Assembly (NCBI GenBank): GCA_965222875.1
Contig: CBDCVC010000001.1
Coordinates: 117,264 to 181,263 of the forward strand
From: Candidatus Multivorans sp.
Lineage (GTDB): Bacteria; Acidobacteriota; Thermoanaerobaculia; Multivoradales; Multivoraceae
Reading direction: 5' to 3'
DNA length: 64,000 nucleotides
A program made the position numbers and the translations under genes. The notes under the pieces were generated by a model that searched no databases, had not been told where the DNA came from, and was given only the letters and a program-made list of their open reading frames with translations. The stretch's first letter is position 1. Each line of letters opens with the position of its first letter. Of this stretch, positions 9,728 through 19,000 are shown piece after piece.

Positions 9728-10728
9728 GCGCCCATCCTCTTGCGGATAATAAGGCGGTTGTACAGCCTCCTGCCGTCGATGATTGTGTAACACTCGTGGC
9801 CAATCCATCTAGCGGAGTTCGCTATACCCAGGATCTCAAACTGATTTGGGTTGTACTTGTCCAGAAACGTGATCGGTACACCCATCGTGCCGTTCCAATC
9901 TTCTGGAATATCGGCTACTCGGTCCACGTTGATCGCGTCGTAGTTGTCGTACTGCGGGTACTCGTCCGGCGAGTAGCGCTTCCAGAGAATCAACTCCTCG
10001 TTGCGCTTGCCGTGTTCGAGGTTTGTGAACCACGCTGCGTTCCCGAGCCGCCCTTTCACGACCCCATCGACGATTCTGTAGGCGCTCCCCTCCTTGGCAG
10101 TCGAGAGGAGCGTTTTGGCGTAGTCGTCCGGGATTCCGAATAACATGTCCTGGCCGTCAGGAGTGATGCCTAGCCACAACCTGTCGTTCATCAGCAGCGG
10201 AAAGATGGCCTTGTACGTGACGGCGTTCTTGTTCCCGACGATAAGAAACTGCTTGTCGAACTCCATCAACTGTGCCACGTACTCGCGGAACAGCGAGAAC
10301 GGTGGATTCGTGACCACGATGTCGGCCTGCTCCAACAGCGCGATGCTCTCAGCGCTGCGGAAGTCCCCGTCGCCCCGAAACTCATGGACACCAATGTCGT
10401 CCGGTTCGGGAATCCTGCCGCCAGCACTGGCCCCGTCGTATTCGAGCCAGATACCGCGCTCGGTGTCGTGACGGCTGAACAGGTCGCGCTCTTGGTTCTG
10501 GTAGCAGGAAGCAATCAGCTTCTTCAGCCCCAAGCTCTCAAACTTGTGCGAGAAGAAGTGGAAGAAGCCGGACACGCGGGGGTCGTCGCAGTTGCAGTAG
10601 ACGGTCTTCCCGCGAAAGTGCTCTCTGTAGTGGCGCAACTCCTTCTCGATGTCGGGAAGCTGCGTGTAGAACTCGTCGTACTTTGACCGCTTGGCCGTGT
10701 GCAGGTTGTCGTTCAGGCCTTCCTTCAT
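9724..10728 (-). CDS. Adenine-specific DNA methyltransferase, EcoRI family
   Basis: AKRSKYDEFYT, VYCNCDDP, GDGDFRS, DIVVTNPPFSLFREY, MGVPITFLDKYNP. Confidence 0.92.
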   Translation of the reverse strand: MKEGLNDNLHTAKRSKYDEFYTQLPDIEKELRHYREHFRGKTVYCNCDDPRVSGFFHFFSHKFESLGLKKLIASCYQNQERDLFSRHDTERGIWLEYDGASAGGRIPEPDDIGVHEFRGDGDFRSAESIALLEQADIVVTNPPFSLFREYVAQLMEFDKQFLIVGNKNAVTYKAIFPLLMNDRLWLGITPDGQDMLFGIPDDYAKTLLSTAKEGSAYRIVDGVVKGRLGNAAWFTNLEHGKRNEELILWKRYSPDEYPQYDNYDAINVDRVADIPEDWNGTMGVPITFLDKYNPNQFEILGIANSARWIGHECYTIIDGRRLYNRLIIRKRMGA

Positions 10729-11714
10729 GCCGACCTCGCACCGGACGGCAGGCCGTTGCGGGCCGTCAGGTCACGGTAGCGGAGCCGCTTGCCGACCAGC
10801 CAGCCCGACACGACCGCCATCTGGTCGATGGTGTCGAACTCCCGAATGTTCTGCCGCCCCGCGAATTCATCGACATAGCGCTGTAGGTGCTTCGGCGAGA
10901 GCTTGTGGTACACGCCCTTGTGGGCGCGCTTGAGCATCGACCACAGCGACTCGATCGAGTTCGTGTGAATGTGGCCGTCCACGTACTCGCCGACCGAGTG
11001 ACGGACGGTGCCGCGCTCGTACTCGGTCAGACCGCTGTACGCCCCGGTATCGTCGCTGTACACCGTCGCGCCAGCTTCGACGTGCTCGCGCACGAAGCCT
11101 TGAAGCGTTTCGCCATCGGTGTTCCGCACGACCTTCGCCGCAACGTGCTTCGTCTCGCGGTCCTTGATGCCGACCACGGCGGTCTTGCCCACGGTGCCGC
11201 GGCCTTCAAGGGTCTTCCGCTTCTTGGCGTGCATGTTCTTCCGCAGACCGCCGATGTACGTCTCATCGACCTCTACGGGCCCCTCGAAGACGACCGCCGG
11301 CCCTGCGGACTCGAACGCCTTGCGGAGACGGTGAGCGAGGTGCCACGCGGTCTTCTGCGTCACGTCCAGGTCACGGTGCAGCTTCATGGACGAGACGCCC
11401 TTGAGACCCGTCAGTAGCAGGTAGAGCGCCATCGCCCAGACCTGGTAGCCGAGGTTGCTCGCTTCCATGACGGTGCCGGTCTTGAGGCTGAATCGCTTGC
11501 GGCACGTCCGGCAGCGGTACGGCATCGTCTTGTGCTTCGCGCCACTTTGGACGCTCTCGGAGCCGCAGTGCGGGCACGATGGACCTTCGGGCCAGCGGAT
11601 GCGCGTGAACCACGCTTCCGCCGCCGCATCGTCGGGGAACAGGCGGATCGCGTCGATCAGGCTCATTCCCTTCCGGTAGTGCTTACCGGGGGCGTCTTGC
11701 AGTGTCGTCGTCAT
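10725..11714 (-). CDS. IS1595-family transposase
   Basis: Zn ribbon CPHC...CRTC, HTH, VEVDETYIGG, VYSDD, HTNSIESLWS, YVDEF. Confidence 0.95.
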   Translation of the reverse strand: MTTTLQDAPGKHYRKGMSLIDAIRLFPDDAAAEAWFTRIRWPEGPSCPHCGSESVQSGAKHKTMPYRCRTCRKRFSLKTGTVMEASNLGYQVWAMALYLLLTGLKGVSSMKLHRDLDVTQKTAWHLAHRLRKAFESAGPAVVFEGPVEVDETYIGGLRKNMHAKKRKTLEGRGTVGKTAVVGIKDRETKHVAAKVVRNTDGETLQGFVREHVEAGATVYSDDTGAYSGLTEYERGTVRHSVGEYVDGHIHTNSIESLWSMLKRAHKGVYHKLSPKHLQRYVDEFAGRQNIREFDTIDQMAVVSGWLVGKRLRYRDLTARNGLPSGARSA

Positions 11715-11758
11715 GCCCAGAAGATTACAGGATAGTGCCCGTGCTGTCAAGTGCTAAG

Positions 11759-12088
11759 ATGGCCTCCATGTCGGACAGTGAACGCCTCGGCGACCTCATG
11801 CTGAAGCGGCGGCAAGCCGAGAATTCGGCAGCCTGCTACCGCACCAAGGCGAAGGGGATCGCTCGGTCTCTGACACAAGCCGCCGCGTCAATGCTGAGGG
11901 CCATCGGAGACGCGGATCAGAACATCCGAATGACTGGCGGCTTGCCGGTCGAGATGCAAGATGCGCGCTACGTGGACTACGCCGAAGCACTCCGCGCCAT
12001 AGAGCAGTACACGAAGAACCTTCAATCAGTCGCCGACATCGAAGGCGAGATTGAGGAACTGCTGCCGCCTCAGTGTAAAGCGACCTGA
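11759..12088 (+). CDS. Hypothetical helical passenger protein inside the IS1595 element
   Basis: Open frame divergent from the transposase, ending 5 bp before the IR; no recognisable motif. Confidence 0.5.
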   Translation: MASMSDSERLGDLMLKRRQAENSAACYRTKAKGIARSLTQAAASMLRAIGDADQNIRMTGGLPVEMQDARYVDYAEALRAIEQYTKNLQSVADIEGEIEELLPPQCKAT

Positions 12089-12120
12089 CTCGCGCTTGGG
12101 CACTATTCGACATAATCCCC

Positions 12121-12629
12121 TTTGCGAATGCCTCCTGCTGAGCGGGCGTGAGACCGCCGAGGAACCGGACTTCCACGTGGAAGGCTGACGGCTTGGTCTT
12201 GTCGGTTACTAGGCCGAGTGCCCACCGATTCAGCGCTCCAGCGTCTTGATGGCGTTCGCCGTCAAGGATGAGTGTCCACTCGCCCTGTGCGGCTTCTCCA
12301 TGTAGTGCGGCCAGCGGCTGTTGGGGACGGAAGATGCCGCGAAACGGTGCCTTGCCGGCGGATATCGGTGTCTGGGCTGTGTCCCGGAATACGGTGTGGC
12401 GCAGGTCGTCCTGCAACCCGCCCGCTGGCGAAAGCAGCACTTCGGAACCGTTCGGACTTCTCAGGGAAACGCGTAAGCGGTCGTCTTGGCTTTGAGTTAT
12501 GTCAAGAGCGACCTCGACATCCTGGATGGTGGCGTCCTCCAGGTCGGTGACGGTGACCTTCGACTGAACTGCGTCGCTCCGTTCCGGGGCGATGTAGACA
12601 GGCTGTTCGTTGACGAACGCATGACGCAT
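12121..12629 (-). pseudogene. N-terminal part (proprotein-convertase P-domain) of the split metalloprotease
   Basis: AGGAGG RBS and ATG at 12629; DVEVALDI...LRSPNG...GEWTLILD...LNRWAL P-domain pattern. Confidence 0.8.
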
Positions 12630-12701
12630 ATTGTCCTCCTTAGTGTCGTCGTTGCGCACTGGACACTCGGCTCCACATCCTCCGGCCGGTGCGCTAGCTA
12701 G

Positions 12702-14462
12702 TGTCTGCCAGAAAACCCCGTTCCGGGGGGATTCCGGAGCGAGTCTGAGGCTGTTTGCAGGCGCAAGAGACCGGCGCAATGGCCTTTGATCGGCGGTGCC
12801 GGAGCTTCTTGCGGGTTCTCGGCGGCGATTTCCGCCGAATGGCGCTCGTTCGGGCACGGCGGCGCCTCCGTCTCGACCGGGCGCGGAGTTCCGGTGACGG
12901 TCAGGCGGCCCGTCGTCGTTTGCGTTTTCGTTCGAGCGTGTGCAGCAGCCGACCGAGACGGTGCAGGTTGGCGGCGAGCACCGAGAGAGCGACGGTGCGC
13001 TCGAAGCCTTCAGCGCCGCGGCTTCGGACGCGATCGAGCCCACGATGCTCCAGAGCGTTGATGGCGGACTCGATCGCGGGATGCCTGCGCCGGGCCGAGG
13101 CGAAGTCCTCGCAGGCCTCCCGCTCCCGGTCGGCGACCGACATGTACCCCTTCTTCGGCAGCACATTGAGATCGAGCAGATCGTCGAGCCGGACCCGGTT
13201 GTCCCGGCTGTGAAAGTTGCGGTCGAAACTGCAGACTCGAAGGTCGCAGAACCGCTCCTGGGCGGCCACAACCATCGGCACCGCCGCCTTCACGTCGCTG
13301 CCGCTCCACAGCACCTCGTGATGGAGGATGAATCGATGCTGGTCCTCGATCAGAGCCACCGGAACGCCGAGTTCCACCGGCGTGCCCGCCTTGCCCTTCG
13401 ACACCCAGCGCGTGTGCGGCTCGAAGATCGAGAAGACCTTCTCCTCATGGGGAATCGTCTCGCCCAACAGCAGCCGACGCTCGACCTGGTCCATCTGACG
13501 CCGGGCATGAGCGATCAAGCCCTCGATCGCTTCGCAGGACGCGCCGTCGCCCGCAGACCGCAGCGCCTCCACAGTGATCTCGGCACGCGCCGCCAGCTGG
13601 CCGCACTGCAAGAGGTACGCCTTCACACGCGCCGGAGTCCGCTTCGCCCGCCTCGTACCGCGCACCTTGTTGAACAGCCTGCGCACCAGCCTCGACTGAT
13701 GACGCCACTGACGCCAGCCGGAGACCCCGTGCCTACCTGCCGCTCGGCCCGTCTCGCGCAGCAAACAACGCATCGCGTCCGACAGCAGGTTCACGTCCGT
13801 GGGGTAATGCACGTCGGTCTCGACCACGAAGGAGTCACACCGCCCGCGCAACGGCTCGCCAGGCTTTTTTCGCGCGACCGCATGGCCGCTTTCCACCACC
13901 AATCTGCCCACCGCCGACAACAACTCGGGCGTCAACAAGCTCACGTTGTCGACCACCGTCTGGCATTCGTAGTAGGTCTTGTCCCCGAACTCGCCGTGCC
14001 CCAGAAACGCCCGCAACGTCGCGTGATGGTTGGCCAGGTCGTGAAGCCGGTCGAAGTCGCAGCGAAGCCCCTGCTTCACCACCCCCAACACCAGAATCCG
14101 CCACAGATCCATGCCCGGACGACCCACCGTCCGGTCGGTCTCCGGCGAGACATGCTCGTCCAGAAGATCGAACACCCGATCCCGCAACTCCCGCTCGCAC
14201 CAGATGTACTGCAGACCCCTAAGAAGAGCCGGAGTGTCGTCCCTCGACTTCGGATCGAGCCGGATATCCCCGATCGGCACTTGACCGATCTTGAACTGCC
14301 GACTTTGCACCTCCCGCATCGCCATATCCTCCGAAGATCGACCGGAATCCGCCCAAAACACCCGATTCAGGCCCGGATCCTACGGCATCGACCACATCTT
14401 CCACCGCCGAATCGGCCGCAAACTCCCGTAGAATCAACGATTCCCGGGTTTCCTGGCAGACA
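12702..14462 (-). mobile_element. ISNCY-type (ISDol1-like) insertion sequence
   Basis: IRs TGTCTGCCAGAAAACCC / GGGTTTCCTGGCAGACA, flanked by CTAG on both sides. Confidence 0.85.
12901..14325 (-). CDS. DDE transposase (ISNCY/IS5-like)
   Basis: GRPGMDLWRILVLG, RCDSFVVETDVHYPTD, KVFSIFEPHT, SFDRNF, RHPAIESAINALE; GGAGG RBS. Confidence 0.9.
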   Translation of the reverse strand: MAMREVQSRQFKIGQVPIGDIRLDPKSRDDTPALLRGLQYIWCERELRDRVFDLLDEHVSPETDRTVGRPGMDLWRILVLGVVKQGLRCDFDRLHDLANHHATLRAFLGHGEFGDKTYYECQTVVDNVSLLTPELLSAVGRLVVESGHAVARKKPGEPLRGRCDSFVVETDVHYPTDVNLLSDAMRCLLRETGRAAGRHGVSGWRQWRHQSRLVRRLFNKVRGTRRAKRTPARVKAYLLQCGQLAARAEITVEALRSAGDGASCEAIEGLIAHARRQMDQVERRLLLGETIPHEEKVFSIFEPHTRWVSKGKAGTPVELGVPVALIEDQHRFILHHEVLWSGSDVKAAVPMVVAAQERFCDLRVCSFDRNFHSRDNRVRLDDLLDLNVLPKKGYMSVADREREACEDFASARRRHPAIESAINALEHRGLDRVRSRGAEGFERTVALSVLAANLHRLGRLLHTLERKRKRRRAA

Positions 14463-14606
14463 CTAGTTAAGTTATGGTAGCAGCGCGTGAGCGAGATGCT
14501 ACCTTGACTACAGGACCAGCTCGGGAGAGAGGCTCGGCCCTGCTCTAGCTGCTGGCGTCTGAATCGTCGCTAGGGCCAAGCGGCGGCTGTATTCCGGGGA
14601 TTTCGA

Positions 14607-14842
14607 CTAACGCCGGCCCTGAGCCAGCACGTCGACGAACTTGGCCAGGATGTCGACCTCTCCGGTTCCTCTGTCGTCTTCCGCGTCGAGCTCGATCGGC
14701 GCGAAGTCAGGGTTCAATGGTTCCAGCGTGATCCGTACATGCCGCCACGGTCCATCGGCCGTGGACCGCTTCTCGCTTCGGTACCGCTTCACGGTGAAGC
14801 GTTCTCCAGTTTCCGGGTCGGTGCGGTCCCGTAACCGCGCTA
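14607..14842 (-). pseudogene. Detached C-terminus (S24 peptidase-like, TVKRY) of the giant helicase
   Basis: Removing IS630 restores GRIVL|ARLRDRTDPETGERFTVKRY...LEPLNPDF in frame. Confidence 0.85.
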
Positions 14843-16061
14843 GTGTCGTGTCACTCGTCAAAAGTCGGATAGAGGCGCTTGAGTTTGACTCGTGCGTCGT
14901 CGGTGGTGAAGTGCCAGTTGACCTTGGCTTGGATCCGGTCTCTGGCGTCCTGCCAGGCGCCGACTTCGGCGCGTAGGGTGTCGATGGAGTCGATGCGGCG
15001 GTTGAGGCACTGTCGGATCATCACGCTGAGTTCGACCTCGGCGACGTTCAGCCAACTGCCGTGCTTGGGGGTATAGACGAACTCGAAGCGGTCCCACAGC
15101 GCCTTGGCCCGGGCCGGGTCGAAGGTCTCGTAGAGCGCGCCGGGGCGGTGGGTGTTGAGGTTGTCCATCACCAGCGTGATTCGGGTGGCGTCGGGATACT
15201 GCCCGGCGATGTCTTCCAGGAAACGCGCCCAGTCGGTCTTGGTCCTGCGCTCGGTGACCTTGGTCAGACGCCGCCCGGCCAGCGGTTCGGTCGCCATGAA
15301 CACGTTGCAGGTGCCGCAGCGTCGGTACTCGTAGTCTTCGCGGACCTCCCGTCCAGGGGCCTGCGGGATGGGCGCCCGTGTCTCGGCGATCAACTGCCGC
15401 GGCGTCTCGTCCATGCACACCACCGGGAAGTTCGCGTCGTGCGGACGCCGATAGACGTCGAGCACCCGCTCCATGTTCGCCGCGAAGTCGGCGTTGCATT
15501 GCGGCGGAATCACCCAGCCGACGCGGCGCCACGGTTTGAGAGCGTTTTTTTTAGCACCCGCCGCACCGTCTCGTGCGAGACGCTGTCGATATAGCCGAGC
15601 TCCACCGCACGGTCCGCCAACAGACGCAGAGACCACTGCGAACGCCCTTCGGGCGGCTCGCCGCAACTCAGCGCGACCAGCCGCGCCTCGAACTCGCCAT
15701 CCGCCTTGCGCAGGTACTTCGGACGACGCCCCTGCCGACTGCCGAGCGCCGCCTCCAGACCGTCCTCCACAAACCGCTTCTTCACACGATCCACCCTGCG
15801 CGCACTGATCCGCAAGACCCCGGCGATCGTCTCGCCGGTCGGCCGACGCCCGTTGAACTCGCCCTCGTCGCAGTTGAGCAGAATCAAGGCGTTGATCACC
15901 TTCTGCGACCGATGCGAACCCTTGCGCGTCATCGTCGCCAACGCCTCGCGCTCCTGCGCCTCCAACTCCACCACATACCGCTTCATGCCAGACTCCTTGC
16001 CGTTGTCGAACGGCAAGGAGCCTACTACGATTCATACGGCATAAGACGTGTGACATGACAC
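14843..16061 (-). mobile_element. IS630-family insertion sequence
   Basis: IRs GTGTCGTGTCAC / GTGACATGACAC; TA duplication within CTAG context. Confidence 0.92.
14851..15986 (-). CDS. IS630 transposase in two frames joined by a probable programmed frameshift
   Basis: HTH ORF 15510-15986; DDE part VVCMDE, LVMDNLNTH, SWLNVAEVE; A8 run at 15545-15552 where the frames overlap. Confidence 0.9.
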
Positions 16062-19000
16062 TAGGACGATCCGTCCGGTTCGGCTTCCGGCCACGCCTTT
16101 GCGGAAGAGGCAGATGGAGCCCTCCGGAATGCGCGGTTCCATCGACCGTCCGACCACCTTGGCCGCGAACATGTCGGGCGTGAGCTGACGCCTGGAGTCA
16201 ACTTCGATCCAGCGCGTCTCGGAATCCGCAACCTCTCCCAAGGCGCCATGGGGGTTACCGAAATCGCCTGCTGCGGCTTCGAGGTCTTCCAGTAACGGCA
16301 CGCAGTTCTTGTAGCGGTTCTCTGGCGTCGGCTCGACGAATCGGAGTACACCGGCCTGGGCTGGTTGCGTCTCTTCCGGTGGAGCAGCCGTAGCGGTTGG
16401 CGCTTCCGGTGTCGCCGCTTCGAACCACGCAGCGTCGGCGTCGACGGACTTCCGAACTTCATCGGCGCCGAGGTACATGGCGAGCCGGACGAAATGGCGC
16501 GCCATCGCTCCGGCGTCATCCAGGTCCGTCACGGTCATCTCGACCACCTCGTAACCTTGTTGGCGCAGCCAGTACCGGATCTCCCGGTCCTGCTCGGCCG
16601 TGCGGGGGTCGCCGTGCAAGTGCTCACTCAGGCCGTCGAGGTAGACGCACACATCGGGCATGCCGCTGTGGCCGCGGTAGATGACGTCGGGCGTCGTCGT
16701 GCCCAGACCCGGGCCGAGGTCGATCTGTTCGCCGCGAACGCCTTCGGCGAACCCCGCCGCCGCCAGCAGATGTCTGAGGCGGCGCTCGGCCTCGTTCACC
16801 GGCTGTGCGGTTGCCTCCTTTCCGGCGGGCGTGGCAGCGGGAACGGGATGTGAGAGGGACAGCTCGCGCCCCCATTGGCGCAGACACTCCAGCGCTGTCT
16901 TTCGATCGAGATGCTTGTGGTAGTAGCCGTTCCGGAAGGTCTGGAGGCAGTCGATGCACGAGTGTCCGCAGCCGGACGCGCAACCGTCGACAACGGCTTC
17001 CGCGGCCTGAGCGACCACTTCGAAGCGCTCGACGAGTTGATGGAGCAGACCCGAACCCCCCGGCATCGGGTCCCACAGCAGAGCGTCCACTTGGGGGCGG
17101 TCGACTTGGCCCACGACCAGGATCTGCAAGTCGTCCAGGTGCATGTCCAGCACCCCGGCGGCGCCGAACCGAAGTGCTTCCAGCACGCTATAGGCGGTCG
17201 CGGGCTCTGGCAGGCCCGGCAGGGAGAGGACGTCGGCAGTAACGTCGGCGTGAAAGCCGATCCGATCCACCGGGCGCCCGCACCGCTCCAGGTGCCCCTT
17301 GGCGAACTCCGTCTGTTGGCGCTCGGAGGACAGCGGTGAGACGCTTTGGCCGCAGACCGTACATACCGGGTATCCCAGACCTGAACCGTCGCCGATCGCG
17401 GTCGACGAGCCCACATTGACCAGGCGCAGCTCGACCCCATGACGTAGCAACGCCTCCTGCTCGCCCCAGCGGAAGGCGCGGCCGCCGCGGTGCCCGCCGC
17501 GTTCGACGCCGTGAACCGCAACCGCCATCTGAAAGCGGTAGTCCTCGTCGTCCGAGATCTGAGACTGATGGGCCAGGTCCACGTCACATACCGCGAGCGT
17601 GCGAAGCGCTCCGGCGCCGATCGTCGATGCGGGGGCGCCGGCGTCGCACTGCCGCACTGCCTGGTTCTCGGTCGAGACCTCGAACGCCGGCATCTCCTCC
17701 CGATCCTCGCCTGCCCCGCGCAGGAACCTCCTGGCCACGAAACGGTGTCCGTTGGCGTAGATCAGGTTGCCCGGGACGTACTCCCGCAGCGCGATTCCGG
17801 TCGGCCGGGGCAGGTTGAAGGCGAGCGCCCCGGAGTGCCAGACCGGTACCTCCGCCATCGCCTGGACGGACCCTGTCTCAAGCCCGTAGCCGGGGAGGAA
17901 GCCTTGCGCGGCCAACACGTTGAAGGTGTTCGCGTCGTGATGACCCTGGGCGTGGCGGCGGGTTGCGCGCGCCTGTCCCTTGAGCCGCTTGACCAGGCGG
18001 TCGCAGCGGTAGAAGAGAGCGTCGTCCTCCGGGTTGAGCGTGCCGTGCTGGCGGCGAGTCTCGTGCAGCCTCTCCATCTGCTCGAGCGCCCACTCCAGCC
18101 GGCGCCGCAGGGACCGCTCCGCTTCCTCGAGGCCGGCAGTGAAGGAGTCGACGCAGCGGCCCAGCGCCTCTGGCGTAACCGCCGCGGCGTCCGCTGCTGG
18201 CCAACCCTGGGCGAATGCCGCTTCGGCTTCGGCGAGAAGGGTCCCCCGGTGCCGGCGGATGACCTCGGCGAGGGGCCCGAAGTCGAACGGCGCCGTACGC
18301 ACGGAGTCGCCCTCGAACAGCCAGGACGAGACGCGGCGCGGCAGGCAGCGTTCGAGCGCCGTTCCGATCTCCTCCTTCTCGGCCGCGGGAGGTCCGCCCG
18401 GTGCGGCGGCGGCTCCACGACTGAGCCGCTGCAACCCGGTGAGGACGGACGCGTTCACATGCTTGCGGACCATCACGTCGTTGCTCAGGTTGAAGGCCGG
18501 CGGGTCGACCCGCCCGGCAAGCAGCTTCTCGGGCTGGGCGAAGTAGGCGCGGTCGTGAGACACAGGCCGGCAGTACGTGAGATCAACGGCCATCCGATGA
18601 CGTCGGCCGGCGCGGCCGGCTCGCTGCCAGTAGTTGGCGGGCAGGGGCGGTACGTTGCGCATCAGCACCGCATCCAGGGCGCCGATGTCGACCCCGAGTT
18701 CAAGGGTCGCGGTGCAGACGAAGCAGTTCACCGCGTCGCTTCGACCCTTGAACAGGTTCTCCAGCCGTTCCCGCTCCCGATTCGGAACCATCGCCGTGTG
18801 CTCCTCCGGCCGCAGCATGGAGTAGCCGCCGTCCAGGAGTTGCAGGTCGTAGTCATCCGGGTCTTCGCGCAGCCATTCCAGCGTGCCGTTGCACCGCCAG
18901 GCCGGGCAGCGGTCGTGCGGCGTCCGGCGGACGGTGCGGGCTCGGCAACTGCGGCAGCGGTAGACGCCGCGATGGGGCGACAGCTTGATCCGGTCGGCGT

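Larger units (their letters stand above)
8405..12120 (-). mobile_element. IS1595-family transporter element (3716 bp) with passenger genes
   Basis: Perfect 27-bp IRs GGGGATTATGTCGAATAGTGCCCAAGC at both ends; 8-bp DR TTTGCGAA at 8397-8404 and 12121-12128. Confidence 0.95.
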
